Origin: Bacillota bacterium
GTDB lineage: Bacteria; Bacillota; Bacilli; Alicyclobacillales; SLC66
Assembly (NCBI GenBank): GCA_021846165.1
Contig: JAJZCL010000001.1
Span: 1-52,123 of the forward strand
Length of the DNA stretch: 52,123 nucleotides
Reading direction: 5' to 3'
In this document: piece after piece, positions 10,102 through 20,129 of the stretch
Layout of the letters: the number at the start of each line of letters is the position of its first letter
Position numbering within the stretch: position 1 is the stretch's first letter
Translations under genes and position numbers: made by a program
The notes under the pieces: generated by a model
What the model saw: only the letters and a program-made list of their open reading frames with translations
Database searches by the model: none
Told to the model about the DNA's origin: nothing

Positions 10102-10652
10102 TGCGGATCGCTCTCCAGCTCTGTCAGCGCCTGTTGAAACTCAGCCCGGCTCACGCGCAACGCATTCAGGCGCTTTAGGAATGTTTTGGCATTGGCGTAA
10201 CCGATGCGCAGCGCTTCGCCAAGCCTTTCTCTGCGCACCGCCGCATCTCGAATCCCAATCAGCCCATACTCCGCCAAATCGCGTTCGGTAAACTCTGGCT
10301 GCACGTTTTCGACAACGCTCCGCACTTGCGATAGCGCCCGTTCAATCTCCGCCAAGGCTGCGTTTTCGACCCCGATGTCGCCATTTTTGTGCGCCGCGCG
10401 ACGCGGCAAATACGCGTGCTTGCTGTCGGGGAACCGTTTTGTCAAATGGCGCCGAATCTGTTCGCCAGCATAGTCGGGGTCGGTGAAGATGATCAGGCCA
10501 CGCGCCTTTGCTGCGCGTTCAAGACGCTGGTACACGTCCTGACGGATATGCGCACCGCCCGTGACGATCACGTCCGCCTGCACCGCTTTTTGCACACGGT
10601 CGCGATCGTGTTCGCCTTCGACGACAATCACTTCTTGGATTTGCACAGCCAA
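10098..10652 (-). CDS. rnmV: Ribonuclease M5
   Basis: TOPRIM motifs VIVVEG...TDPDYAGE; LRIGYANAKTFLKRLN. Confidence 0.94.
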   Translation of the reverse strand: MAVQIQEVIVVEGEHDRDRVQKAVQADVIVTGGAHIRQDVYQRLERAAKARGLIIFTDPDYAGEQIRRHLTKRFPDSKHAYLPRRAAHKNGDIGVENAALAEIERALSQVRSVVENVQPEFTERDLAEYGLIGIRDAAVRRERLGEALRIGYANAKTFLKRLNALRVSRAEFQQALTELESDPQ

Positions 10653-10653
10653 T

Positions 10654-11433
10654 TCACTCCTGCATCTGAAACACGCGCAAGGCGTTTTGATAAACGGCAG
10701 CAGCGACAGCGTCCGCCATTTCCGGGCGAATTTCGATCAACTTTGCGAGTACATGCCGCACATGCGCCGGCTCGTTGCGGCGTCCGCGATAAGGCTCCGG
10801 GGTCAAGTACGGCGCGTCCGTTTCGACGAGCAGTCGGTCAAGCGGCAGCGCCGTCGCCACCTTGCGCAGGCGCTCCGCGTTCTTAAACGTCAGCGGTCCG
10901 GAAAACGACAGATACAACCCCATTTTCAAGCAATCCGCCGCCATTTCCACACTGCCGGAAAAGCTGTGCATGATGCCGCCACGTAGCAACGGCGATGCCG
11001 AGCGCAAGTGCGCAAGCACGTCTGCGTGCGCCTCGCGGTCGTGGATCACAACCGGCAGACCCTTGCGTTTCGCTACCTCAAGCTGCGCGGCAAACACGCG
11101 CGCCTGCACGTCACGGGGTGAGTGATCGTAGTGGTAGTCAAGGCCAATCTCACCGATTGCGACGACCTTAGGCTCGTCCGCCCATGCCTCTAGGTCGGCC
11201 AGATCCTTGTCTGTCACGGATTTTGCGTCGTGCGGATGAACCCCGACCGCCGCATACACCTGCGTGTACTTCGCCGCGAGTTCCAGGGCGCGGCGCGACG
11301 ATTCTTGGTCGTACCCCGGAACCAGCATGCGCAGGACGCCCGCCTCAGATGCCCGCTTGATGATGTCGTCCGCTTCGCCGTACAGGTTCTCGTCGTTGAG
11401 GTGGGTGTGCGTATCAAAAATGGCGTACGTCAC
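10654..11433 (-). CDS. tatD: TatD-family nuclease (YabD)
   Basis: DTHTH, GVHPH, AIGEIGLDY, ETDAPYL. Confidence 0.94.
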   Translation of the reverse strand: MTYAIFDTHTHLNDENLYGEADDIIKRASEAGVLRMLVPGYDQESSRRALELAAKYTQVYAAVGVHPHDAKSVTDKDLADLEAWADEPKVVAIGEIGLDYHYDHSPRDVQARVFAAQLEVAKRKGLPVVIHDREAHADVLAHLRSASPLLRGGIMHSFSGSVEMAADCLKMGLYLSFSGPLTFKNAERLRKVATALPLDRLLVETDAPYLTPEPYRGRRNEPAHVRHVLAKLIEIRPEMADAVAAAVYQNALRVFQMQE

Positions 11434-11443
11434 AGCAGTCTCC

Positions 11444-13429
11444 TCACTTGACCTTGGCGCCGACCGGGATGTCCCCAGATACCGTGGCAAGCACCAGTTG
11501 CGTATCCGTCGACGCCGCGAGGATCATGCCGTGGGACTCCACACCGCGCAGCTTGACGGGTTTCAGGTTGGCCACGAGGATCACCTTTTGCCCTATCAGT
11601 TGTTCCGGTGCGTAGTGCTTCGCAATTCCGCTGACCACCTGCCGCACCTCATCGCCAAGGCTGAGTTGCAGCTTCAGTAATTTGTCCGCTTTTGCGATTT
11701 TTTCCGCACTGACCACCTCGGCCACGCGCAGTTCCACTTTGGTAAAGTCGCCGATCTCAATCAGGGACACCACGCCTTCTGGTTGCGCTTGGGTTGCTTT
11801 GTCACCCGCTTTGTTCGCTTCCTTCGCGGGCGCAACCGATGCGTCGGGCAGCGCGAGTACGCCCAGCACGGCAAGCTCCTTTTCTACATCCAGACGCGGA
11901 AAAATCGGCTCTCCCGGCGCCGTGACCAAATTTGGCGGAAGCGTTCCAAAGACGCGCGCCGAGTCCCACGTCGTCGCCGCGCCAGACGCAAGACCCAGCT
12001 GCCGCCGCATCTCTGGCGCCGTTTTCGGCATGAACGGCTCCATCCAAACGCTAACGATGCGCAACACCTCAAACATCGTGTACAGCACCGTGTTCAGGCG
12101 TTCGCCTTCTCCAGCCTTGTGCAGCGCCCACGGCGCCGTTTCGTCGATGTAGCGATTGCCCCGCCGCACCAATTGCCAAATGGTTTCAAGCGCCTTGGAA
12201 AACTCCTTGCGCTCCATCGCCGCCTCTGTTTGGTCGGCGAGACTCACGATCCAATCCCTTAGTTCCGTTTCTAGTTCCGTCAGGTGCGCGGGTTCGGGAA
12301 TCACACCGCTTGCAAACTTTTTCAACATCGCGAGCGAACGGTGCAGCAGGTTGCCAAGGTCGTTCGCAAGATCGTAATTCAGCCGATCCATAAACGACTC
12401 ATAGGTGAATACGCCGTCTTGACCAAACGAGATCTCCCGCAACAGGAAGTAGCGCAGCGCATCGGAGCCGTAGCGGTCGATCAACTGATTCGGATCGATC
12501 ACGTTGCCCTTTGATTTTGACATTTTGCCGTCTTTCATCAGCAGCCAACCATGTCCCACCACCTGCTTGGGCAACGGCAAATCAAGCGCCATCAGCATGA
12601 TCGGCCAGTAAATCGAATGGAACCGAACGATCTCTTTTGACATCATGTGGACGTCCGCCGGCCAGTACTTCGCGAAGCGCGCCTCCAGTTCGGGGTCTCC
12701 CGACAGGTACCCGAGCGCGGTGATGTAATTGGAGAGCGCGTCCAGCCACACGTAGATCACATGCTTAGGGTTCTCACGCACCGGGATGCCCCAGTCGAAC
12801 GTCGTGCGCGACACGCACAAGTCCTCAAGCCCTGGCAACAGAAAGTTGTTCAGCATCTCATGCTTTCTCGATTCAGGCTCCAGAAACTCGGGGTGATCCT
12901 TGTAGTACTGCACCAGGCGATCCGCATACTTGCCCATTCGGAAAAAGTAGCCTTCTTCCTTCACCCACTCCACTTCGCCGCCGCACTCCGGGCAGTGTCC
13001 GTCCTTGAGTTGAATTTCCGTCCAGAACGACTCATCCGGTGTGCAGTACCAGCCTTCGTAGTGATCCAGGTAAATATCGCCTTGTTCGAGCAGTCGGCTG
13101 AACATCTTTTGCACCACCGTCGAGTGGCGCTCCTCCGTCGTGCGGATGAAGTCGTCATAAGAGATATCGAGCCGTTCCCACAGTTTTTTAATTCCTTCGA
13201 CAATCCCGTCGATATACGCAAGCGGCGTCATCCCTGCCGCTTCCGCCTTGCGTTGCAGCTTCTGACCGTGTTCGTCCGTCCCCGTCAAAAATCGCACATC
13301 ATAGCCGCGCAAGCGCTTGTAACGGGCAAGCGTATCGGCCACCGTCGTCGAGTAGGCATGACCGATGTGCAGCTTGTCATTCGGATAATAAATGGGAGTC
13401 GTAATGTAAAAAGTCGGTTTCGTCACCAT
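11444..13429 (-). CDS. metG: Methionine--tRNA ligase with C-terminal tRNA-binding domain
   Basis: HIGH and KMSKS motifs; C-terminal OB-fold ANLKPVKLRGVESHGMILAA. Confidence 0.97.
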   Translation of the reverse strand: MVTKPTFYITTPIYYPNDKLHIGHAYSTTVADTLARYKRLRGYDVRFLTGTDEHGQKLQRKAEAAGMTPLAYIDGIVEGIKKLWERLDISYDDFIRTTEERHSTVVQKMFSRLLEQGDIYLDHYEGWYCTPDESFWTEIQLKDGHCPECGGEVEWVKEEGYFFRMGKYADRLVQYYKDHPEFLEPESRKHEMLNNFLLPGLEDLCVSRTTFDWGIPVRENPKHVIYVWLDALSNYITALGYLSGDPELEARFAKYWPADVHMMSKEIVRFHSIYWPIMLMALDLPLPKQVVGHGWLLMKDGKMSKSKGNVIDPNQLIDRYGSDALRYFLLREISFGQDGVFTYESFMDRLNYDLANDLGNLLHRSLAMLKKFASGVIPEPAHLTELETELRDWIVSLADQTEAAMERKEFSKALETIWQLVRRGNRYIDETAPWALHKAGEGERLNTVLYTMFEVLRIVSVWMEPFMPKTAPEMRRQLGLASGAATTWDSARVFGTLPPNLVTAPGEPIFPRLDVEKELAVLGVLALPDASVAPAKEANKAGDKATQAQPEGVVSLIEIGDFTKVELRVAEVVSAEKIAKADKLLKLQLSLGDEVRQVVSGIAKHYAPEQLIGQKVILVANLKPVKLRGVESHGMILAASTDTQLVLATVSGDIPVGAKVK

Positions 13430-13448
13430 CGTACCTCCGTGCAGCATA

Positions 13449-13486
13449 AGAAAAAGCCTCGCCCGTACACCACGGCGAGAACTTTT
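13449..13486 (-). terminator. Terminator-like hairpin in the metG 5' leader (candidate attenuator)
   Basis: Minus strand aaaagttctcgccgt-ggtgt-acgggcgaggc-TTTTTCTT, between the promoter and the RBS. Confidence 0.6.
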
Positions 13487-13509
13487 CCCCGCATTTTCCT
13501 TTAGCAAAC

Positions 13510-13538
13510 ATCGTAGCAAGAAAGGCAGACCGTGTCAA
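13510..13538 (-). promoter_or_regulatory. SigA promoter of metG
   Basis: TTGACA-17 nt-TACGAT with extended -10 TG. Confidence 0.7.
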
Positions 13539-13552
13539 TTTTCGATCCGGTG

Positions 13553-14071
13553 TCAATCCATCACATTCGTCGAGTTTGTCGTCACGCGACTTCCATACCA
13601 CGTCCTGTTCCCGGCTACACTAAAGTTGAATGCGTACTTATTCGACCAAGCGGTTTGCAGCATGATGATGAAGAAGACGATCGAACCGACCCACGGGATC
13701 AGATTCCACAACAACAGCCACGGACTTCTTCCATATCCGATCAAGAACTGCGCTAATTGAATAATTAAAAATATGGCAACAAACAAAAAATACAAGTACC
13801 CTAAAAACGGTATGATGCCCACAACCATCGCGGCAATCGCAAGAATAGGGAACAACGCCCACTTATCCCAATTTAAAGCTTTCGCGGTAACGAACGGCAT
13901 CCCGTAGGGAAGCCACGATACCCAAGCCCACTCGACGCCCGCCTTCTTGCCCAACCTCATGTAGGTCAGCCCGCCCAATACATACAAGGCGATGAATACA
14001 ATGATTGTGATTATCATAAAAACGCCTGTGAACAGAAAAAGAAAAGGATTGGGATGGCTTTGATAATACAT
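13553..14071 (-). CDS. Hypothetical integral membrane protein (about 4-5 TM segments)
   Basis: Hydrophobic ORF with RBS; KKAGVEWAWVSWLP pattern resembles DUF5684-like small membrane proteins; more AT-rich than neighbours. Confidence 0.7.
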   Translation of the reverse strand: MYYQSHPNPFLFLFTGVFMIITIIVFIALYVLGGLTYMRLGKKAGVEWAWVSWLPYGMPFVTAKALNWDKWALFPILAIAAMVVGIIPFLGYLYFLFVAIFLIIQLAQFLIGYGRSPWLLLWNLIPWVGSIVFFIIMLQTAWSNKYAFNFSVAGNRTWYGSRVTTNSTNVMD

Positions 14072-14178
14072 ACTAAATCCCCCTTCTATGATCATCTTCG
14101 AAATCAGTATAATTTATGAGTGTGATTGGAACAATAGTCAGTTTGACTAAGCCAGTCGTCAACTCATTTACACGTTCT

Positions 14179-14910
14179 TTAGCGAGTTTCTTTGCGTTTA
14201 AGAGGGATAGGGGCACGCTTAGGTCGGGGATAGAGCGCGTGCTGCAACTTCGTCAACGCCCGCGCCTCGATGCGCGACACATACGAGCGCGAGATCCCCA
14301 TCATTTCAGCGATCTGGTGTTGCGTCCATTCGACGCCGTCTTTCAGCCCGTAACGCAACACGATCACCATCTGCTCGCGATTGTCAAGACCGCGCAACAT
14401 GTGCCGCAATCGCTCCTCTTCGATTCGCTCGCCGACCAATTTCTCCAACTCGTCCGTCTCCGACCCCAAAACATCGCGTAAGGTTAAGTCATTGCCCTCC
14501 TTGTCCGTTCCAATCGATTCATCCATCGACACGTCACGCTTGGATTTTTTGCGTGAGCGCAAGTGCATGAGCATCTCGTTTTCAATGCAGCGCACAGCAT
14601 AGGTGGCAAACTTGGTTCCAGCATCCGAGCGGAAGCTCTTTACGGCCTTAATAAGGCCGATGGCACCTAGCGAGATCAGGTCGTCTTCGTCGACCCCTGA
14701 ATCCCTGTACTTTTTCGCGATATACGCCACCAGACGCATATTGTGCTCGATCAGTTTTTGATAGGCGACTTCGCTGCCTTGTTTGAGTCCCTCCAGACAA
14801 GCTTTTTCTTCCGCTTCATCAAGCGGTTTCGGAAACACCTGGTTTTTTACATAGGATGCAAGCACGGCAGTCTCGCGGGCATAGGTATATTGCGCTAGCC
14901 ATACGGACAA
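14179..14910 (-). CDS. SigK-like sporulation sigma factor (probable paralog)
   Basis: SYVKNQVFPKPL, LIEHNMRLVAYIAKKY, GTKFATYAVRCIENEMLMHLR, GISRSYVSRIE: SigK/SigE-group motifs, closest to SigK. Confidence 0.88.
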   Translation of the reverse strand: MSVWLAQYTYARETAVLASYVKNQVFPKPLDEAEEKACLEGLKQGSEVAYQKLIEHNMRLVAYIAKKYRDSGVDEDDLISLGAIGLIKAVKSFRSDAGTKFATYAVRCIENEMLMHLRSRKKSKRDVSMDESIGTDKEGNDLTLRDVLGSETDELEKLVGERIEEERLRHMLRGLDNREQMVIVLRYGLKDGVEWTQHQIAEMMGISRSYVSRIEARALTKLQHALYPRPKRAPIPLKRKETR

Positions 14911-14953
14911 GCTCCTTCACTCCCGTCAGCAGTTTCAGACCATGCTATGCAAT

Positions 14954-14970
14954 TGTCGAACATTTCGTCA
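14954..14970. promoter_or_regulatory. Inverted pair of Spo0A boxes
   Basis: TGTCGAA-cat-TTCGTCA (two perfect TGNCGAA matches) in the divergent sigma/abrB intergenic region. Confidence 0.65.
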
Positions 14971-15008
14971 CATATTTTAAAATAATAGCCTGACTTACAA
15001 ATTGCCTA

Positions 15009-15037
15009 TTGCGAAACGCTTGCAAGAGTGGTAGACT
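15009..15037 (+). promoter_or_regulatory. SigA promoter of abrB
   Basis: TTGCGA-17 nt-TAGACT with extended -10 TG. Confidence 0.55.
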
Positions 15038-15194
15038 TTCACTAGTTAATTTGTGGGTTAACCTTAACGAAATCTGCATAAGGTTGTGTCTGATGACTTT
15101 GGCAGATCACATGAAGGGGAACACAAGTTGCAGGCTCCACATGTTGTTCCTATTTGTTTCAAAAAACCTATCCATACGAGGAGGCATATGCTTC

Positions 15195-15443
15195 ATGATG
15201 AAATCCACTGGCATTGTCCGTAAAGTTGACGAACTAGGACGTGTCGTCATACCGATTGAATTACGCCGTACACTTGGTATCGGTGAAAAGGACGCCCTGG
15301 AAATTTACGTCGACGGAGACAGAATTGTGCTGAAAAAGTACGAGCCTGCCTGCATTTTCTGCGGACAAGCGGATCAAATCATTCACTTTAAGGGCAAAAA
15401 CATCTGCCCATCCTGCATCGAAGAGATGTCGCAAGCTCACTGA
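15195..15443 (+). CDS. abrB: Transition-state regulator AbrB
   Basis: MKSTGIVRKVDELGRVVIPIELRRTLGI; GGAGG RBS; synteny. Confidence 0.97.
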   Translation: MMKSTGIVRKVDELGRVVIPIELRRTLGIGEKDALEIYVDGDRIVLKKYEPACIFCGQADQIIHFKGKNICPSCIEEMSQAH

Positions 15444-15445
15444 CC

Positions 15446-16303
15446 CTATTGATCTTTAGCGTCCAACATCGCCCGATAGACAACCCGCCGCGACACGCGG
15501 CGGGTTTTTGCCGCTTCCTTCAACGCCTCTTTTTGTGACATTCCCTGTTCTATGTAATCATTTACCTGCTGTATGAGCGCCTCCGCATCAGGCTCGCATT
15601 CCCGATCTTCTGCCAGCTCTCTGGCACCCTCCACAACGATCACATACTCTCCGCGTTCTTGCGTCGCTTCGACAATTTTCTCGTACTCGTCAAGGTGACC
15701 GTTCACGTACATTTCGTGTAGCTTACTCAATTCTTTGACGACGACGATGCGTCGATCCCCAAGCTGACCGCGCATTTCTGCAAGCGTAGCACGCAGGCGA
15801 TGGGGCGCCTCGTAAAACACCAGTGTGCCAGGAAAATTCGCAATCCGTTCCCACTCGCGACGGCGTTCTTTTTTGCCGACAGGAAGGAACCCGACAAACA
15901 CGCTGCGCCTAACTGGCAGACCCGAACCGACTAACGCCGTGACGAACGCACTTGGCCCTGGCAATACCTCGACCCTGATCCCCGCCTCGTGCAGTTCACG
16001 AATCAGTTCCTCACCAGGATCGGACACTCCCGGCATGCCCGCATCCGACACAAGCGCGCCGCTGCGACCACCTTCCAGAAGTTTGCGCATTTTCTCTCCT
16101 GCCGTTTTGAGATTGTGGCGGTGATAGGAAAACACCTCAACCGGGTGAATGTCAAAATGAGTGAGCAACTTGCGCGTGTGGCGGGTATCTTCCGCCGCGA
16201 TAAAACTAGCCTCACGGAGAATCCGTAAGCCTCGCATTGTGATATCCTCCAAATTGCCGATCGGGGTCGGGACGACGAATAGCGTTCCTGGTTCTTCACT
16301 CAT
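15446..16303 (-). CDS. rsmI: 16S rRNA C1402 2'-O-methyltransferase
   Basis: [39 protein letters not shown]. Confidence 0.96.
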   Translation of the reverse strand: MSEEPGTLFVVPTPIGNLEDITMRGLRILREASFIAAEDTRHTRKLLTHFDIHPVEVFSYHRHNLKTAGEKMRKLLEGGRSGALVSDAGMPGVSDPGEELIRELHEAGIRVEVLPGPSAFVTALVGSGLPVRRSVFVGFLPVGKKERRREWERIANFPGTLVFYEAPHRLRATLAEMRGQLGDRRIVVVKELSKLHEMYVNGHLDEYEKIVEATQERGEYVIVVEGARELAEDRECEPDAEALIQQVNDYIEQGMSQKEALKEAAKTRRVSRRVVYRAMLDAKDQ

Positions 16304-16623
16304 GTTCGTTGCAGGCTTTCCATACAGAATAAGCACTCACCTTTGCGCATGCTGCCATAGTTAATGTTACAAATGTGAAACCCATCGTCATACAGTGTAT
16401 GCAAGTACTTTTTCGCTTCACTTGGCGGCGCTTCATGACTGACGCCGAAGTCAACGCGATCACGCAAATTGGCGTTTTCCAATATTAAGTTCTGATTTTC
16501 TTCCAGCAAATCGCCAACCATTAGCCTTAATTCGCTGATTTCCTGGTAAAACATCCCTATCCTCTCCTGCAACTGCTCCATGCGATGGAAAAGTTCCTGC
16601 TTATCAATCAAGTCCATCACCAT
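16300..16623 (-). CDS. yabA: Replication initiation control protein YabA
   Basis: Coiled coil followed by [10 protein letters not shown]...ECLFC zinc motif. Confidence 0.93.
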   Translation of the reverse strand: MVMDLIDKQELFHRMEQLQERIGMFYQEISELRLMVGDLLEENQNLILENANLRDRVDFGVSHEAPPSEAKKYLHTLYDDGFHICNINYGSMRKGECLFCMESLQRT

Positions 16624-17476
16624 CCGTTCCCCTGACAGCATCAAGCAAAAACACTTCCCAGGCTAATTGCGCGTTGACATGGCTTTGCATTTGCCGTTTT
16701 CGCCGGAACGCCGCCATAGCGAGCCGCGCATAGCGGTGAGCAACCCCGGACTCATGCGCCGTGGTGGCACGCTCGTGCAGGTGGCGAATGACCAAATCGG
16801 CAAACGCGAGGGATTGACTGGCGTTAAAACTCCACTTTGTCCACTTGTCCGCCACCAGTAACCACCCCTTGCGTTCGCTGCGAAACGCAGCTTCACCAAT
16901 GGTTCTGGCAAGGTCTAGCAATGCTTCGATTTTCTCGTCATCATCGAACTCGAACACGGAAAAATCCAGAAAACCGACGGCTGGAGTGGTGGTTTCGTGC
17001 TGAATGCGCAATAACAAGACACGCGAACGAAGCGTAGGGATCAGCGCAGCCGGGGACGAAGTCAGCAACAAAAAGAGGCGATTGACCAACGGTTCTTCCA
17101 CCCACCTCAGAATGGCATTGGCCGCTTCGATCGTCAGTTTGTGCGCGTCTGCCATCACGATCACATGCAAACGGTTCGCGCTTGCCATCAGGGCATCTGC
17201 CTTGATCGCTGATCTCATTTGCTGAATTTTAAGGCTGGCTCCATCAGGCGCCAACCACTCCACATCCGGATGACTGCCGCCCGCCAGTTGACGGCAAGAC
17301 TTGCACTCACCGCATGCTGCGTGATCCACAGGGTGTTCGCAATGCAGCAACGCCACTGCAGCGCGAGCAAACTCGTTGAGCGCCTTGGCATCGTCTGCCA
17401 TACACAAGTAAGCATGCGCTAGGCGGTTTTCCTGATGCCACCGATAGAGCCGCTGAATCCCTTCGCCTGCATCCAT
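16604..17476 (-). CDS. holB: DNA polymerase III delta-prime subunit (divergent)
   Basis: LAHAYL, CGECKSC...[24 protein letters not shown]; synteny. Confidence 0.88.
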   Translation of the reverse strand: MDAGEGIQRLYRWHQENRLAHAYLCMADDAKALNEFARAAVALLHCEHPVDHAACGECKSCRQLAGGSHPDVEWLAPDGASLKIQQMRSAIKADALMASANRLHVIVMADAHKLTIEAANAILRWVEEPLVNRLFLLLTSSPAALIPTLRSRVLLLRIQHETTTPAVGFLDFSVFEFDDDEKIEALLDLARTIGEAAFRSERKGWLLVADKWTKWSFNASQSLAFADLVIRHLHERATTAHESGVAHRYARLAMAAFRRKRQMQSHVNAQLAWEVFLLDAVRGTDGDGLD

Positions 17477-17491
17477 CGGCCTCACCCCATT

Positions 17492-17941
17492 TCAAATTTG
17501 CAGGCTGATCAACAAGCCTTTTACCTCGCCCACGATTCGCAACATTTGCAAAGGTTCGTTTTGATCCGCAACCGCTATATTCAGCAAGTCAATCAAACGT
17601 TTGTCAATTTCCTGCACAACCGCGAACACCCGCTGTCTGCCCAAACGATCGGTCGAATACTTGGACGATACGCCGAAACTGCCCTTGACAAGAATCGCCA
17701 GGTACTGCTTCACCGCTTGACGGTATGCGTAAGCGGCGTCGAGCGACTGGGTGGAAACCAGCAGTTCGCCTTTCTGATTGACCTCTTGGAGCAAACGTTC
17801 TAGCGTCGCCCTTTGCTGTCCTCCTTCCGCCTCGTCAAGTAGCGAGCGAAACAGTTCCGAATCGCTGGCTCTCCCCGCATCCTCTTGGTGAGCAACCCGC
17901 TCTGGCCTCAGACCTTCTCCACCGAAGCGATTGATTTTCAC
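17492..17941 (-). CDS. yaaR: YaaR/DUF327 family protein
   Basis: Helical protein ending IVGEVKGLLISL; lies between tmk and holB. Confidence 0.8.
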   Translation of the reverse strand: MKINRFGGEGLRPERVAHQEDAGRASDSELFRSLLDEAEGGQQRATLERLLQEVNQKGELLVSTQSLDAAYAYRQAVKQYLAILVKGSFGVSSKYSTDRLGRQRVFAVVQEIDKRLIDLLNIAVADQNEPLQMLRIVGEVKGLLISLQI

Positions 17942-18019
17942 TAACCGTCCCTCCGCGCCAACCAAAATGCCCATCATGATCAGCGGCCTTCATCCATGCG
18001 CACGTCAGACACCACACGA

Positions 18020-18682
18020 TCACAATCGTAATATGGCACGCCACATTTGTTCTGTTAGCTCCTCAGCGCATTCCGTTCCATCCAACCACACATAACGCTT
18101 GGGATCCTGCTCGAAAAGCGCGCACAATCCAGAGCGCACCCGCGCAAAAAAAGCGCTGCCCCGGCGTTCAATCCGATCCGCGCGCACCTGTGTTGCGCGG
18201 TCGCGTTCGGAGATTCTTTGCAGGGCAACCGCCACCTCAACATCAATGATCATGGTCAAATCAGGCAGATAATCCGCCACCGCAGGCTCGTTTACTTTTT
18301 TCACCAATTCAGGGTTCATTCCCCGCTCCTGCAACCCGTACCCCTGGTAGGCAACGCTGGCATCGACGAACCGATCACAAATGACGCTGACGCCTTGCGC
18401 TAGCGTGGGCGCAATGATCCGTCGTACATGCTCAGCTCGTGACGCCGCATAAAGGTACATCTCCGTCAGCGGTTCCATCTCCCTATCCGGACTCAGCAAC
18501 AACTCCCGAATCGCGTCGCCAATTGGCGTCCCACCCGGTTCCCGCGTTTTGACGCATGGCCGCCCAGCCGCCAAAAAACGCTGATACAGCCGTTCCACCT
18601 GCGTGCTTTTCCCGGCGCCGTCGATCCCTTCAATCGCGATAAAAACCGCTTTGTTCCCGCTTACTTCCTCCACCTTACCCAT
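18020..18682 (-). CDS. tmk: Thymidylate kinase
   Basis: EGIDGAGKST, TREPGG, CDRFVDAS.AYQG. Confidence 0.96.
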   Translation of the reverse strand: MGKVEEVSGNKAVFIAIEGIDGAGKSTQVERLYQRFLAAGRPCVKTREPGGTPIGDAIRELLLSPDREMEPLTEMYLYAASRAEHVRRIIAPTLAQGVSVICDRFVDASVAYQGYGLQERGMNPELVKKVNEPAVADYLPDLTMIIDVEVAVALQRISERDRATQVRADRIERRGSAFFARVRSGLCALFEQDPKRYVWLDGTECAEELTEQMWRAILRL

Positions 18683-18695
18683 GCGTTCGCAGCCT

Positions 18696-20111
18696 TTACC
18701 GCCCTTCCACGTCGAATCCATCCAACCGCAGTCCTAATTCAGCACACTTTTTGATATATTGTATCATATTTGGCGTATACACCTCATCCGCCAGTAGCAG
18801 CGGAATCCCTGGCGGATACAGCGTGATGCCGCGAACCGCCCGTTGACCGGCAAGACCGTCCAGGTCGCGCCAATGCGTTTTACCGAATCCACGACTTGCT
18901 GGCGCGACCTCCGCAAAGCGCGGTAGCATTGCGTCCCACCCCCCAGACGACGCCGCGACCACTCTCGTCTTGCCTGCAAACTCGCGCCGAATGACCGCTA
19001 CGACCCGTGCCACATCCTTGCCGGAGTTCGCGTAGGACCACGCCAGCAGTACCCGGGCAGGATCGTACAACTCGACATATGCACCTTGCTCGCTTAAGCG
19101 CATGGCCAGTTGATCCCCTTGTATTCCCCACTCCTCCGACTCGATCGTCCACTTGAACGGATCGGTCGCAAACCCGCCAAAGTCGCTATTGACTAGCCCG
19201 TGCCAAGTCCGCGCAAGCTCCGAGCGAGCCGTTTCTAGCTCCAGCAGCGTTGCACCCAGCAACTCTTGCCCGTATGCCGCGAGCTGCGCACGCGCGGCAT
19301 CGATAGAGGCCAGCAACAGATATGAGGGGGAGCTGGTTTGCAAAACGCGCAGGTAATGCCGAATCGCTTCCCGGTTCACGGCCTGTCCGTTCACGTGCAA
19401 GATCCCCGTCTGCGTGAGCGCCGCCGTCATCTTGTGTGCGCTGTGTACCACGATGTCCGCTTTTGCGTGAACCGCCGAAACGGGTAACGACGGATGAAAC
19501 GCCAGGTGCGCTCCGTGCGCTTCATCTACGATCACCAGCTTTCCCCGGGCATGCGCCGCTTCCACAATACGAGGCAAATCCGCCACCACGCCGTAGTAAG
19601 TAGGGCTGGTCAGCACCACCGCCACCGCTTCAGGATGAGCATCCATTGTCGCCTCCAAATCCGCGGCACGAACGGCGCCCAACAACGATCCAGCACGCGC
19701 TGGCGTCACCGCAATCACACGCGCTCGCGCCAAAGCCAGCGCATGCCAAACAGACTGGTGCGCGTCGCGACCGACAATCGCCGTTTCTCCTTCCGCAACC
19801 ACACTTAGCACCGCTGCAAGGTTCCCCACGGTGCTTCCGTTCACCAAAAAAAACGCATGGTCGCTCCCCCACGCCTCTGCCGCCAAGGCCTCCGCTTGCG
19901 CAATCGCGGCATGAGGTTGATGTAAGTCGTCAAGACCGGGCAGCTCCGTTGCGTCCAAGCGCGCGATTGTGCCTGCATACTTTGCAAATTCCGCATCAAA
20001 ACCACGTCCCGCTTTATGACCTGGGACGTGTACAGAGGTTCGCTCCAGGCTTTGATGACGCTCCAGAGCCTGCAAAATCGGTATCATTCGCTGATTAAGC
20101 AATTTTTCCAT
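18696..20111 (-). CDS. yaaO: Orn/Lys/Arg decarboxylase family PLP enzyme (YaaO)
   Basis: HVPGHK, TELPGLDDL, VNGST, DEAHG, HSAHK, TSSPSY. Confidence 0.9.
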   Translation of the reverse strand: MEKLLNQRMIPILQALERHQSLERTSVHVPGHKAGRGFDAEFAKYAGTIARLDATELPGLDDLHQPHAAIAQAEALAAEAWGSDHAFFLVNGSTVGNLAAVLSVVAEGETAIVGRDAHQSVWHALALARARVIAVTPARAGSLLGAVRAADLEATMDAHPEAVAVVLTSPTYYGVVADLPRIVEAAHARGKLVIVDEAHGAHLAFHPSLPVSAVHAKADIVVHSAHKMTAALTQTGILHVNGQAVNREAIRHYLRVLQTSSPSYLLLASIDAARAQLAAYGQELLGATLLELETARSELARTWHGLVNSDFGGFATDPFKWTIESEEWGIQGDQLAMRLSEQGAYVELYDPARVLLAWSYANSGKDVARVVAVIRREFAGKTRVVAASSGGWDAMLPRFAEVAPASRGFGKTHWRDLDGLAGQRAVRGITLYPPGIPLLLADEVYTPNMIQYIKKCAELGLRLDGFDVEGR

Positions 20112-20129
20112 GCAGTTCAGTATAACGCA

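Noticed and set aside
12647..13504. Long antisense ORFs (for example 285 aa opposite metG, 221 aa opposite cphA and ispE)
   Set aside because: Shadow frames of GC-rich genes with no RBS or recognisable motifs.
13430..13520. T-box or SAM riboswitch before metG
   Set aside because: The leader is too short and lacks the consensus motifs.
15009..15194. Long N-terminal extension of AbrB
   Set aside because: It begins at the promoter -35; the SD and homology start at 15195.
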